Positions 47,655-56,493 of a stretch of DNA of 64,000 bases are shown here, one piece after another. Below the pieces are notes generated by a model that saw nothing but the letters and a program-made list of their open reading frames with translations, was not told where the DNA came from and ran no database searches. Position 1 is the stretch's first letter, and every line of letters starts with the position of its first letter. The DNA comes from an uncultured Thermococci archaeon (lineage in GTDB: Archaea; CAYQAE01; CAYVLA01), in assembly GCA_964549615.1 (NCBI GenBank), contig CAZJVP010000090.1:8107-72106 (forward strand), written 5' to 3'. The translations under genes and the position numbers were made by a program.

Positions 47655-48389
47655 ATGCGCGGAAGACTGAGACTTGGGGACTACCTCGCGCCTACAACGG
47701 TTGACTGGCCGGGAAAATGCGCGATGATAGTGTGGTTTGCCGGCTGCAACTTCAGGTGCCCCTACTGCCAGAATGCGAGCATCGTCCCCCCGGGGTCGGG
47801 TAGGGATTGTCCAATTGACGAGCTTAAGTCCGCGATAGACGAAAACGTGATCTGGATCGACGGCGTGGTCTTCTCAGGCGGCGAGCCTACGCTGCAGGAA
47901 CGGGCCCTCATGGAGCTCTCAGCCCACGTGAAGGAGAAAAAAAGGGGCGTTTTGGTGGACACCAATGGGTCAAGGCCTACAGTGTTGGAGACGATGCTGA
48001 ACGAGGGCTTGGTAGACCACGTGAGCCTGGATCTGAAGGCGTCCCCGGAGAGGTACCCGCAGGTGACGGGCGCAGTCGAGGGTGCGGCTGCGAGGGTCCT
48101 GGAATCGCTCGAGCTGTCGCTCGAATCGAAGGCCGTCACCGAGGTCCGGACGACGGTGGTTCCCGGGCTGGTGGGCGCGAAGGACATAGAGTCGATCGCA
48201 AAGCTGGCGAAGGAGTGCGACGTGTACTACCTCCAACAGTTCCGTCCCGAGGGCGACCTACTCGACAAGTCCCTCGTGTCGGTGAGACCTCCCACGCACA
48301 GGGAGCTGGTCCGGCTCGGAGCGATCGCCAAGAGGTACGTCGCCAAGGTGGGCGTCAAGACCAGGGAGTTCGGGGTGCAGTACATCTAG
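47655..48389 (+). CDS. Radical SAM activating enzyme (NrdG/PflA-like)
   Basis: CNFRCPYCQN is a CxxxCxxC cluster with the aromatic residue typical of glycyl-radical activases; GGEPTLQ follows. Confidence 0.7.
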   Translation: MRGRLRLGDYLAPTTVDWPGKCAMIVWFAGCNFRCPYCQNASIVPPGSGRDCPIDELKSAIDENVIWIDGVVFSGGEPTLQERALMELSAHVKEKKRGVLVDTNGSRPTVLETMLNEGLVDHVSLDLKASPERYPQVTGAVEGAAARVLESLELSLESKAVTEVRTTVVPGLVGAKDIESIAKLAKECDVYYLQQFRPEGDLLDKSLVSVRPPTHRELVRLGAIAKRYVAKVGVKTREFGVQYI

Positions 48390-48453
48390 GCTTCCAAGGG
48401 CCACAGCAGGCCCATGCCAAACGCTTTTCTGTAACCAGCGATTTCCCTTACCC

Positions 48454-49500
48454 ATGCCGAGGCTGAGAACAAATGAGGTCGTATTCCCGATCAGCGAGTC
48501 GAATCCCAGGAATGGGGAGGGGGACATCGCAGAGCTCAAGGACGGGCGGCTCCTCCTGGCGTACACGGAGTTCTACGGGGGCAGCGCGGACGGTTCGGCG
48601 GCAAGGATTTCGGGCAGGATCTCGGAGGACGGGGGATTCACCTGGGGCCCACCCTTCGTGCTTCAGCCCAACGTCGGAAGGCTGAACGTCATGTCCGTCA
48701 GCTTGGAGCGTCTGAGCTCGGGCGACCTCGGCTTCCTCTACCTTGTGAAAAATGGTCCTGACGACTGCAAGGCCTACCTCCGGAAGTCAAGCGACGACGG
48801 CGCCAACTGGTCCGAGCCCGTCTGTGCCACCCCTGAGAGGGGATACCACGTGGTGAACAACGACAGGCTGGTGGAGCTGTCGGGGGGCCGGCTCATCGTC
48901 CCGGCGTGCAGCTTCCCCGAGGGAATCCAAGTGTGGCGGAACTGGGCCACGGTTTTCTACTCGGACGATGGCGGCCACAGTTGGCAGAGATCGGTCTCGG
49001 AGCTGGCCGTTGAGGGATCCAAGTCGGGCATGCAGGAACCCGGGGTGGTCGAGCTGAAGGACGGGAGCCTGCTCATGTTCATGAGGTGCGACCTCGGGTA
49101 CATCTACCAGTCCAGATCCTTCGACGGCGGGCTGACGTGGTCTGAGCCCCGTCCCACCCAACTCCGCGCGCCGGTCTCCCCGAGTACCCTGAAGAGGATT
49201 CCATCGACAGGCGACCTTCTAGTGATCTGGAACAACCGGGAGAACGCCCCAGAATCGGAGCCATTCTCCCGCAGGACGCCCTTGACCTCGGCCATCTCCC
49301 AGGACGAGGGCGCGAGCTGGGGTCATTTCCGGGATGTTGAATCGGACCGAACCAGAACCTACTGCTACACGAGCGTCACCTTCGTTGGTGAGAGGGCCCT
49401 CCTATCGTACTACATCTCTGAAAGGCTGCCGCAGGGCGAGAGGGTCCTAGCATCGCTCAAGGTGAAGATCTTGGATCAGAGCTGGTTTTACGGCAGCTGA
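48454..49500 (+). CDS. BNR/Asp-box repeat beta-propeller, sialidase (GH33)-like, cytoplasmic
   Basis: Asp-boxes SEDGGFTWGP, SDDGANWSE, SDDGGHSWQ, SFDGGLTWSE, SQDEGASWG. No signal peptide. Confidence 0.7.
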   Translation: MPRLRTNEVVFPISESNPRNGEGDIAELKDGRLLLAYTEFYGGSADGSAARISGRISEDGGFTWGPPFVLQPNVGRLNVMSVSLERLSSGDLGFLYLVKNGPDDCKAYLRKSSDDGANWSEPVCATPERGYHVVNNDRLVELSGGRLIVPACSFPEGIQVWRNWATVFYSDDGGHSWQRSVSELAVEGSKSGMQEPGVVELKDGSLLMFMRCDLGYIYQSRSFDGGLTWSEPRPTQLRAPVSPSTLKRIPSTGDLLVIWNNRENAPESEPFSRRTPLTSAISQDEGASWGHFRDVESDRTRTYCYTSVTFVGERALLSYYISERLPQGERVLASLKVKILDQSWFYGS

Positions 49501-49550
49501 GGCCATGCCCGCCTTGGCGCAGTTGGCACTGCATGATCGGACATGCACGG

Positions 49551-50690
49551 TCAGAGTAATCTCTCGTAGTCCCGGAGACGATGGAAGGTAATGTAGTTCG
49601 CATCGTGGAAGTTGTGCGCAACCTCGAAGGCTGTTCTGACGAGGATGAGGATGTCGCTTCCGTCGAAGACCCAGTCGGGGTACTGGAAGCCGATCTTGCA
49701 CCCTTTGCCTACCCTCCTTTCGTCTTCCTGGACATACAGCAACACGGCTCGGCGTTTCCAAGAGACCAGATCCTGGGACGAGGAGAGAACAAGCACGTTG
49801 CGTTGCCACGGGTTCCGACGCACGAACACCTCGTTGGAGATCATCAGGTAACTACCGGTCGTCGCGTCAAACCTTATGACGAACTTTGACATACCTCCCG
49901 GAAGATCCACGAACCCCGTCCGCGGGCCGAAGCTGAGAGTCGCCCCGTCCTCGGAGACCTTGGTCACGGCCGCCTTGTTCGCGACGGGGACGGAGTTGAC
50001 TCTCATCACGTTCCAGATCTGGTCATCGGGGGCCCGGACCACATTCCCCTCAAGCCACCCGGCCCTGCAGGGGCTAAACTCGGGAGGATCGCCGTCGCGG
50101 TCGTACGGAAGCTTGTTGGTCATCTTCCATGACGAAGCCCGGAGCAGGTCGGACTCGGCATCGGCCGAGATGACGGCGGCGTGGAAGCCGGGCCAACGGC
50201 CAAGCACGTTGTCCTCGAAGGCCCGCCAGATCCGTCCGCGATGCTCGAGCACGGGCACAGGAGCGCAGTGGTAGTTCGGCGCCTTCCGCCCCGGTCCGCC
50301 CCGGAACAGGAGACCCGAGCTTTCATCCACCGAGTCGGTCCAATTCCAACCCCCGTCCTTTGACCGGCGGATCACTATGTCGCCGTCATGGGCGGAACAC
50401 CCCAAGAGGTAGTTGCAGCCCCGGTAGGTGAAGAGCGAGGACCAGAACGCTCTCCTTATCTCGACGACGGGATTCCATGTTAGTCCGCCGTCCTCCGAGC
50501 GGCAGATCCTCGAGACGAACTCCCTGCGGAACCGGTCCCTCGGGCTGCAAGGGCCGAAGAAGTCATGTGAGGCGATGATGTCGCCATCCTCTGCCAAGGC
50601 TAGGCTGGGGCTTCCGAGGTAGACCCGTGAATCGGCAGGGCTGTACGCGACGACGTGCTCCAGCGGGTTCTCAAACACGGGTTTGAACAC
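49551..50690 (-). CDS. Second BNR/Asp-box sialidase-like beta-propeller protein
   Basis: Asp-boxes SEDGGLTWNP, SKDGGWNWTD, VSEDGATLS. Convergent with the previous gene. Confidence 0.65.
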   Translation of the reverse strand: MFKPVFENPLEHVVAYSPADSRVYLGSPSLALAEDGDIIASHDFFGPCSPRDRFRREFVSRICRSEDGGLTWNPVVEIRRAFWSSLFTYRGCNYLLGCSAHDGDIVIRRSKDGGWNWTDSVDESSGLLFRGGPGRKAPNYHCAPVPVLEHRGRIWRAFEDNVLGRWPGFHAAVISADAESDLLRASSWKMTNKLPYDRDGDPPEFSPCRAGWLEGNVVRAPDDQIWNVMRVNSVPVANKAAVTKVSEDGATLSFGPRTGFVDLPGGMSKFVIRFDATTGSYLMISNEVFVRRNPWQRNVLVLSSSQDLVSWKRRAVLLYVQEDERRVGKGCKIGFQYPDWVFDGSDILILVRTAFEVAHNFHDANYITFHRLRDYERLL

Positions 50691-51046
50691 TCACGGAACC
50701 TGCCCTGCATTCGGTCAACTTATCCTGAGAGGCGCGAGGGCGACTAGGGCGAATAAAGATTTGTTTCTTGCTCCGGGTCGGGTCCGCACGATACTAGGCA
50801 AGATATAGTTGGTCCTGCAGCCCTCAGAGAGTCCCCCTGTCCGAGCTTTGGAGAATAACCTCCTGGACGTCGCTTCCATCTTCATCCACCTGCTCCCTAA
50901 ATGCGGGTTTCAGCTTATCCGGCTTATAGGCGGAGCTCTTACTGACAAGCGTTACCGGTCGGAGGTCGGAAGCGTCTCAGGCGCATGCCGGGACATCCGG
51001 GTGGAGCTGTTCGACAGCCGCCGGTTCGAGGGAAGATATGTAAGAG

Positions 51047-53377
51047 GTGCGCGAGGGGCTCATCAGAGGAAGCATGTTCACGGTCCAGAACGAATACCTC
51101 TCTTTGGCCTTCGACGAAGACGGCGGACTTCGCCGAATCACCAACCTCCTCATCCCGGACGAATGTCTGAAGGGAGGCTTGCCTGGGTCAATGCCCTTCC
51201 GCGTATACGCCGATCCGGTCAAGGAGTTCGAGATCTCGATGAACGACCGGTACCAACTTCTCTTCGAGGATCCATCCAAGACGAGCCGTGCGATCATCCA
51301 GCCGGGTAACTCCCGATTGGTGCACTGCCGCGGAAAACGCGGGCTGTCTCTGGAATACGAGTCGGAAGGGCTTCTCGCAACGTTGCAAGCGGTGCCCGGC
51401 AGAAACAGGCCGTCATGCGATCTTGGCCTCACGCTCGAGAATCGCGGCACGGAAACGAGGGAACTCATGGTGAGCTTTCCGTACCTTGACGGCGTGCGGC
51501 CCGGGCCCGATCCCCCAAGGAACCTCGCCACCGCAATGGATCAGGCCGGGGTCGTGGTGCCAGCATGGGCACGTCCTGGCGGCGTGTTGGGCGAGGGGAA
51601 CCAGATGTCGATGCAGTGGCACACAATCTGGGATCCGCTGACTCGTAGCGCCTTAGGCATCATTATCATGGATCCGGACGTCCGCCCCAAGCGGCTCATC
51701 CTGAAGGAGCCCAGCATCGAGATCAACTACTTTCCCCCGTTTAGCCTCGGACCAGGGCAGTCGCTCAGCCTGCCGCGCGTCAGGATCTTGGCATACAAAG
51801 GTGACTGGCGTCGCGCGGCACGGGCCTATCGCCGGTGGTTTGGGCGGGCCTTCGCCTGCGCTGAACCGCCCACATGGTTCCGCCGCTCGGACGGCTGCAC
51901 GGGAAGGCACTTCAAGAAAGGCGGCCCAGGCATCGAGCCGGACTACCCAGGACAGTTCGCACTCGAAAGCTTCCGGGAGCTACCGCTCGTGCACCTGAAG
52001 GTTCCGGTGGACATCACGGAGTATGCGTTCTTCAGCCGGGGTTCCATGCTACATGGCGTCCACACCGACGGCGACAACGTCGTGCGCGAGGACATGGGAG
52101 GAGCTCAAGCAATGCGGGAAGGCATTGCCGCCGTACACCGCCTCGGACTTCATGTCATGCTCTATGTCGAGGGCTACATCGTACATGGCGAGAGCGACCT
52201 CGCGAAGTCTGGCCGAGTCCAAAGATGGGCCGTTATGCACAGAGACGGGAGCATTGACGGGCCGTATACCAGGCAAGGGTTCCTTCACATGTGCCCCGGC
52301 TGCAACGAGTGGCAGGACCATCTTGCGCAAACGGTTTCGCGGTTGCTGCGGGAGACGGGTGCTGACGGCGTGCGCCTAGACTCGCTCGGGTTCTACTATC
52401 TGCCTTGCTACAATCCCGCACACTCACATGAGACGCCCTTCGGCTACAACGGGTGGATCAAGCAGCTTCTTGCCAAGGTGCGGAAGGCCGCGCTTGAGGT
52501 GAACCCGGATGCCCTTCTGACCACCGAGGGGCCGGCGGATTGGTACAGCCAGTGGTTCCACGGGGCCCTCACCGCAAGATGCCCCCGAGAGCTTCCCCTC
52601 ATGAGGCTCGCCGCTGGGCCCTATCGTCCCTACGCTTACAGTGCCACGGGTGCCGTTTGGGGCTCGATATCCGGTTTCGCGGGTGGCGGTTGCAGCGGAC
52701 CGGAACTCGCGCAGCTCGACGCCAACTGGCTCTGCGCCCGCTTCCCGGTGCACGAAGCCCTCGTGTGGGGCGATGTGTGCGATGATCCGATGACCTCGGA
52801 TCCGCACGTGGTCGCAAGGCTGTTCAGAGGGAAAGGGTACTGGGCGCTCGTGGCGGTGCGGCCCGAGTGCAAAGACCCATTTCTGTGGCCTCCGGGCACG
52901 GGCCTTTCACGCGAACACCCTCGCTACACGATCACGATCACCGGCCTCACCACGGGGCCCGAGGACGCCGTGGTCTGCAACATAGAGACGCTCGAATGGT
53001 CCGCGGTGGACCTCGAAGCCCGAGACGGAGGCGTAACCCTGAGCTTGGACGCAAACTGGGCCTTGGACGCAAACTGGGCCTTGGTTATCCTGCGGGAGCG
53101 CGGAGGCCCCGGTGTCGCGGGGATGGGGGCCCTTCCAGCACTTCGTCCCAGTCAGTCTGCCGAGATCGAGGTCCTCGCGCTCGCCTCAGGAGCTAGACGG
53201 CAAACCTGCGGCCGGGTCTCGGTCACGGCCCCGGGGCTGGAGGTAAGGCCGGCCAGGACGACCATGCCGGGGCACGCGACGATAACCGTGCCTTCGAACG
53301 CCCCGCCCGGCAACTACGCCGTCATGCTGCGCGGGAAGGGGATTCTTGGCGCTAAGAGGTTTCTCGTGGTTCGGTGA
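51047..53377 (+). CDS. Large putative glycoside-hydrolase-like TIM-barrel protein (GH13/GH114-like D-G-x-R-x-D motif) with C-terminal beta-rich domain
   Basis: HVMLYVEGY..., GADGVRLDSLGF (nucleophile-like motif of alpha-amylase-type/GHL barrels) and ...TTEGPADWY. Contains an in-frame 18-bp tandem duplication. Start may be M11 (51077). Confidence 0.45.
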   Translation: MREGLIRGSMFTVQNEYLSLAFDEDGGLRRITNLLIPDECLKGGLPGSMPFRVYADPVKEFEISMNDRYQLLFEDPSKTSRAIIQPGNSRLVHCRGKRGLSLEYESEGLLATLQAVPGRNRPSCDLGLTLENRGTETRELMVSFPYLDGVRPGPDPPRNLATAMDQAGVVVPAWARPGGVLGEGNQMSMQWHTIWDPLTRSALGIIIMDPDVRPKRLILKEPSIEINYFPPFSLGPGQSLSLPRVRILAYKGDWRRAARAYRRWFGRAFACAEPPTWFRRSDGCTGRHFKKGGPGIEPDYPGQFALESFRELPLVHLKVPVDITEYAFFSRGSMLHGVHTDGDNVVREDMGGAQAMREGIAAVHRLGLHVMLYVEGYIVHGESDLAKSGRVQRWAVMHRDGSIDGPYTRQGFLHMCPGCNEWQDHLAQTVSRLLRETGADGVRLDSLGFYYLPCYNPAHSHETPFGYNGWIKQLLAKVRKAALEVNPDALLTTEGPADWYSQWFHGALTARCPRELPLMRLAAGPYRPYAYSATGAVWGSISGFAGGGCSGPELAQLDANWLCARFPVHEALVWGDVCDDPMTSDPHVVARLFRGKGYWALVAVRPECKDPFLWPPGTGLSREHPRYTITITGLTTGPEDAVVCNIETLEWSAVDLEARDGGVTLSLDANWALDANWALVILRERGGPGVAGMGALPALRPSQSAEIEVLALASGARRQTCGRVSVTAPGLEVRPARTTMPGHATITVPSNAPPGNYAVMLRGKGILGAKRFLVVR
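53045..53084 (+). repeat. Perfect 18-bp tandem duplication (ttggacgcaaactgggcc x2, plus partial third copy) inside the coding sequence, giving LDANWA-LDANWA
   Basis: Read directly from the sequence at 53041-53090. Confidence 0.8.
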
Positions 53378-54732
53378 TCGAGGACAGTTCAAATCCAGCT
53401 CGACACATCTATAAGTCGAGGCTCTTGCCAACCTTCCCCTTGCCTTCGGATGACGATCTTGTCTCAGAACGTGAAACGAGACGTTCCTTCGTGCTCGGCG
53501 TCGTGAACGGTGCGCTGTTCAACCTCGGATCAACGTTCATCGAGCCCACCACCGTCCTAGCGCTCTTCATAGCCGCGGTCACTGGCTCAGATGCCTTCGT
53601 CGGTCTCATCGCGGCCGTCTCATCCCTGGGTGCATTGCTTCCGCAGATAATCATGGCAAGCAGGGCGGCAGGCGCGAGCAGGAAGATGACGTACTATCAC
53701 CTCTCTTTCGCGATAAGGGCCTTTGCGTTGCTCGGCATGGTGCTCGCCGTCGGACTAGCAAGCGGGCTTGGAGTCTTGGTCGCAACGGTCGTCATACTGA
53801 CTTTCGCGATCTACAGCCTCGGGGGAGGGTTGGCCTACATTCCGTTCATGGAGATCGTCGGCAACACCCTGCGGCCCAGCCAGCGGAGTAGTTTCTTTGC
53901 CTATAGGTCATTCTTCGGAGGGATACTGGCCATGGCGGGAGGATACGTGGTCAAGATGATACTCTCCTCCCCGGCAATTGCATTCCCCCAGAACTACCTG
54001 CTTCTCTTCACGGTCGGATCGATCTTTGCATTCGTCGCCATGCTTTCCTTCGCACTCGTTCATGAGCCCGTTGTTCTGCAGGCGTCCCGGCGCGTTCCGC
54101 TGAGGGAAACATTGAGGGGTGCGAGAGCGATCGTCATTGAGGACGGCGTGTACAGGAGGTATCTGGCGGTCAGGTGCGTGTTAACCATCGCCGGAATCTC
54201 CGGGCCCTTCTACGTCCTGCATGCCATCAGGGGACTCGGCCTCAACGAATCGACGGTGGGGGTCCTCATAATGTCGATGACCGCCGGGGGAGTGATTTCG
54301 AACCTTGCTTGGGGCAGAATAGGCGACACCAAGGGGACCAAAGTTGTGATGCTCGCGGGGGCCGTCCTGCTGGCCTCGGCCCCCCTCACCGCACTGCTGT
54401 CGCAATACCTGGGGGCAGCCGCTAGCTCCGTGATGACCTTCCTTCTCCTAGGACTCGCGAACGCAGGCATCTACATCGGCGTCACGAACTACCTCCTGGA
54501 TCACTCCGATCCGGCCAGACGCCCCGTCTATATGGGTTTGACCCAGTTGGTCGTTGGGCTGTTCGGCGTGGCGCCATTGATCGGGGGTTTCGTATCGCAG
54601 GCAATGGGATATGAAGCCCTTTTCGCGGTCTCCATCGCCAGCGCCTTGACTGCAGCCCTGATGACGCTGTCTTTGCCCGAGCCGCGGAGGATCGCGGAGA
54701 CCAGGTTCAGAACCCAGGTCAAGTACTTCTGA
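53374..54732 (+). CDS. MFS transporter
   Basis: 12-TM topology with two 6-TM halves and a central loop. Its ATG overlaps the stop of the upstream gene. Confidence 0.7.
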   Translation: MIEDSSNPARHIYKSRLLPTFPLPSDDDLVSERETRRSFVLGVVNGALFNLGSTFIEPTTVLALFIAAVTGSDAFVGLIAAVSSLGALLPQIIMASRAAGASRKMTYYHLSFAIRAFALLGMVLAVGLASGLGVLVATVVILTFAIYSLGGGLAYIPFMEIVGNTLRPSQRSSFFAYRSFFGGILAMAGGYVVKMILSSPAIAFPQNYLLLFTVGSIFAFVAMLSFALVHEPVVLQASRRVPLRETLRGARAIVIEDGVYRRYLAVRCVLTIAGISGPFYVLHAIRGLGLNESTVGVLIMSMTAGGVISNLAWGRIGDTKGTKVVMLAGAVLLASAPLTALLSQYLGAAASSVMTFLLLGLANAGIYIGVTNYLLDHSDPARRPVYMGLTQLVVGLFGVAPLIGGFVSQAMGYEALFAVSIASALTAALMTLSLPEPRRIAETRFRTQVKYF

Positions 54733-54885
54733 CCGGACCGCGAGCTCCGGCTGCGTTCCGCAGCTACGGGATGGCCGGGGACAGGCAGTGCGGTCGTCTA
54801 GGAACACAGTTAAAAGGGGGCCCGCTCGGGGGCCTGCGTGCTTGGGTGCTTTTTTCCTAGGCACAAGATAGGAGAGTAAAAAATA

Positions 54886-55056
54886 ATGAGTTCCGAAAGG
54901 AGACCCAGCTTCGACAGGGGCCCCAGAGAGATGCACAAGGCAACCTGTTCTGACTGTGGAAAGGAGTGCGAAGTTCCGTTCAAGCCGACGGAAGGTCGTC
55001 CCGTCTACTGCCAGGACTGCTACCAGAAGCGCAGGGGCCCGAGACGAAGGTACTAG
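54886..55056 (+). CDS. 56-aa zinc-ribbon protein (CSDCG...CQDC), missing from the ORF track (<60 aa)
   Basis: MSSERRPSFDRGPREMHKATCSDCGKECEVPFKPTEGRPVYCQDCYQKRRGPRRRY. Preceded by ttttttcctaggcacaagataGGAGAgtaaaaaataATG, i.e. an AT-rich promoter and an SD-like GGAGA. Confidence 0.5.
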   Translation: MSSERRPSFDRGPREMHKATCSDCGKECEVPFKPTEGRPVYCQDCYQKRRGPRRRY

Positions 55057-55429
55057 GGATCTATAAAACACACTGGACACGGCGATCTCACCTTCCTGAT
55101 CTTGCCTTAAGGTCCTGCAAGGAAAGCAGGTCCATGCGACAGCTCTGGCGCAACGTCAGGGATCAATGGTTCGCTGGGCTCTCGACTTCCGCTGGACGGA
55201 AAGCCGCAAGTCGCTTGCGGTAGGGACTCGCCGTAACTTTTTCTACCGTCACCATTAGACCTAGGACTAGGCTTTCGAGGACCGGCCGGTCCCGCCAAGC
55301 CAAACAGGACCTCGAACTGGCCAACTTTGACGATCTGGACGGCCGCAAGAGAAACGCAAGCGGTGCCAACTGCCAACCGGCCATAAACTTAAGAAAGTTG
55401 AGACCAACCGGGGCGCGGAGACTTGCTGT

Positions 55430-55777
55430 ATGGTTTACTGCACTAAGTGCGGCGCGAAGAACGACGAGCGCGCCCAAGTTTGCGCGAGTTGCGGCCAGAG
55501 CCTTTACCCGGCTCGGGGGCGACCTGCTGCTAGGCACGACGAGGAGTGTTTCGGGCCACGGCGGGAGATGGAAGAGGAATGCTTCGGAGTGCCCCGAGGG
55601 GGAGCTGTTTTCGCCATACTCATGGGCTTGGCGGTGATCGTGATCGGGGTCGCCTACCTTTTGGGTCAGTACTACGGTTGGTCCATAGATGTGTGGAAGA
55701 GCCTGGGCCCCTCGATCCTCATAGTCATCGGCATACTCATCGTGGTAGGTGCCCTCTACCGGGCTAGAGAGCGCTGA
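55430..55777 (+). CDS. Zinc-ribbon (CTKCG...CASCG) membrane protein
   Basis: N-terminal 4-Cys ribbon, then two TM helices. Confidence 0.45.
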   Translation: MVYCTKCGAKNDERAQVCASCGQSLYPARGRPAARHDEECFGPRREMEEECFGVPRGGAVFAILMGLAVIVIGVAYLLGQYYGWSIDVWKSLGPSILIVIGILIVVGALYRARER

Positions 55778-56483
55778 GGTACCGCCTTCCGCCACAGGGC
55801 GCAGTGCAGGCTCCACAGGTACGTTCGTGGTCCCAGCCGGCAAGGGCGATCCTGGTCATTATCCAGAACCCGATCAACACCAAGAGGAAAAGGTCAAGTC
55901 CCAGGCTCTGGCCCATCTCATCGGCCTTGGCGAGGACTAGGAAGGCCCCGAACGCAAACCACGCATTTGCGGGGAGGCGGGCCCTTCGGCCAAGTTTGAG
56001 CGGCCAGAACTGAAGCAGGCCGACCGCTACCCCGAGCGCACCCAGCCAGAACGGAAGAAGGCTTCCGCGCCAAACGTGGAGGTCGCCAAAAAAGTAGAGA
56101 ATTGCCCCACCGAATGCCGCAATGCCGCCGCCGGACAGGCCCACGCAGCCAGCGCAGAAGACCCTGCCCCGGATCGATATCACGTGCCTCTGGAAGGGAC
56201 TGCATGCGGGATGATGGCCCATTATCCCAAAACCCCATCCCACCTCGCTGCTTCGAGCGGTCGGGCTCCCAGCTTGCCCGAAGCCCATCATTCTGGAACA
56301 TTGTCTGGGGCGCAATGCCGCGACCGTTCCCAGAAGGCACACGGCCGAGAAGGTCAGGCCGATCAGGGTTTTCCTTTGGATATCGTCCGTGGGCGCTGGC
56401 GAGCCGACGACGGCGCATGCCGAGACGGCTAGGCCAAACAGGGACACGGCGACCAGAAATCTGCTCAGAGCGACGTTCGACAT
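55764..56483 (-). CDS. DUF2085-like polytopic membrane protein with Cys/His motifs
   Basis: HHPACSPFQRH...RVFCAGCVGL pattern and several TM helices. Confidence 0.45.
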   Translation of the reverse strand: MSNVALSRFLVAVSLFGLAVSACAVVGSPAPTDDIQRKTLIGLTFSAVCLLGTVAALRPRQCSRMMGFGQAGSPTARSSEVGWGFGIMGHHPACSPFQRHVISIRGRVFCAGCVGLSGGGIAAFGGAILYFFGDLHVWRGSLLPFWLGALGVAVGLLQFWPLKLGRRARLPANAWFAFGAFLVLAKADEMGQSLGLDLFLLVLIGFWIMTRIALAGWDHERTCGACTAPCGGRRYLSAL

Positions 56484-56493
56484 GGGGCACAGC

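Noticed and set aside
53380-53410. tRNA-like T-arm motif (agttcaaatcc)
   Set aside because: The flanking bases do not form a T-stem or acceptor stem and it lies inside the MFS gene start. No cloverleaf could be built. No other GTTCGAATC/GTTCAAATC-type T-loops were found in intergenic regions, so no tRNA genes are called.
55163-55843. 226-aa minus-strand ORF overlapping the zinc-ribbon membrane protein gene
   Set aside because: Low-complexity translation. The + strand 115-aa ORF has a clean Cys4 ribbon plus TM helices, and the minus-strand DUF2085-like gene begins just downstream.
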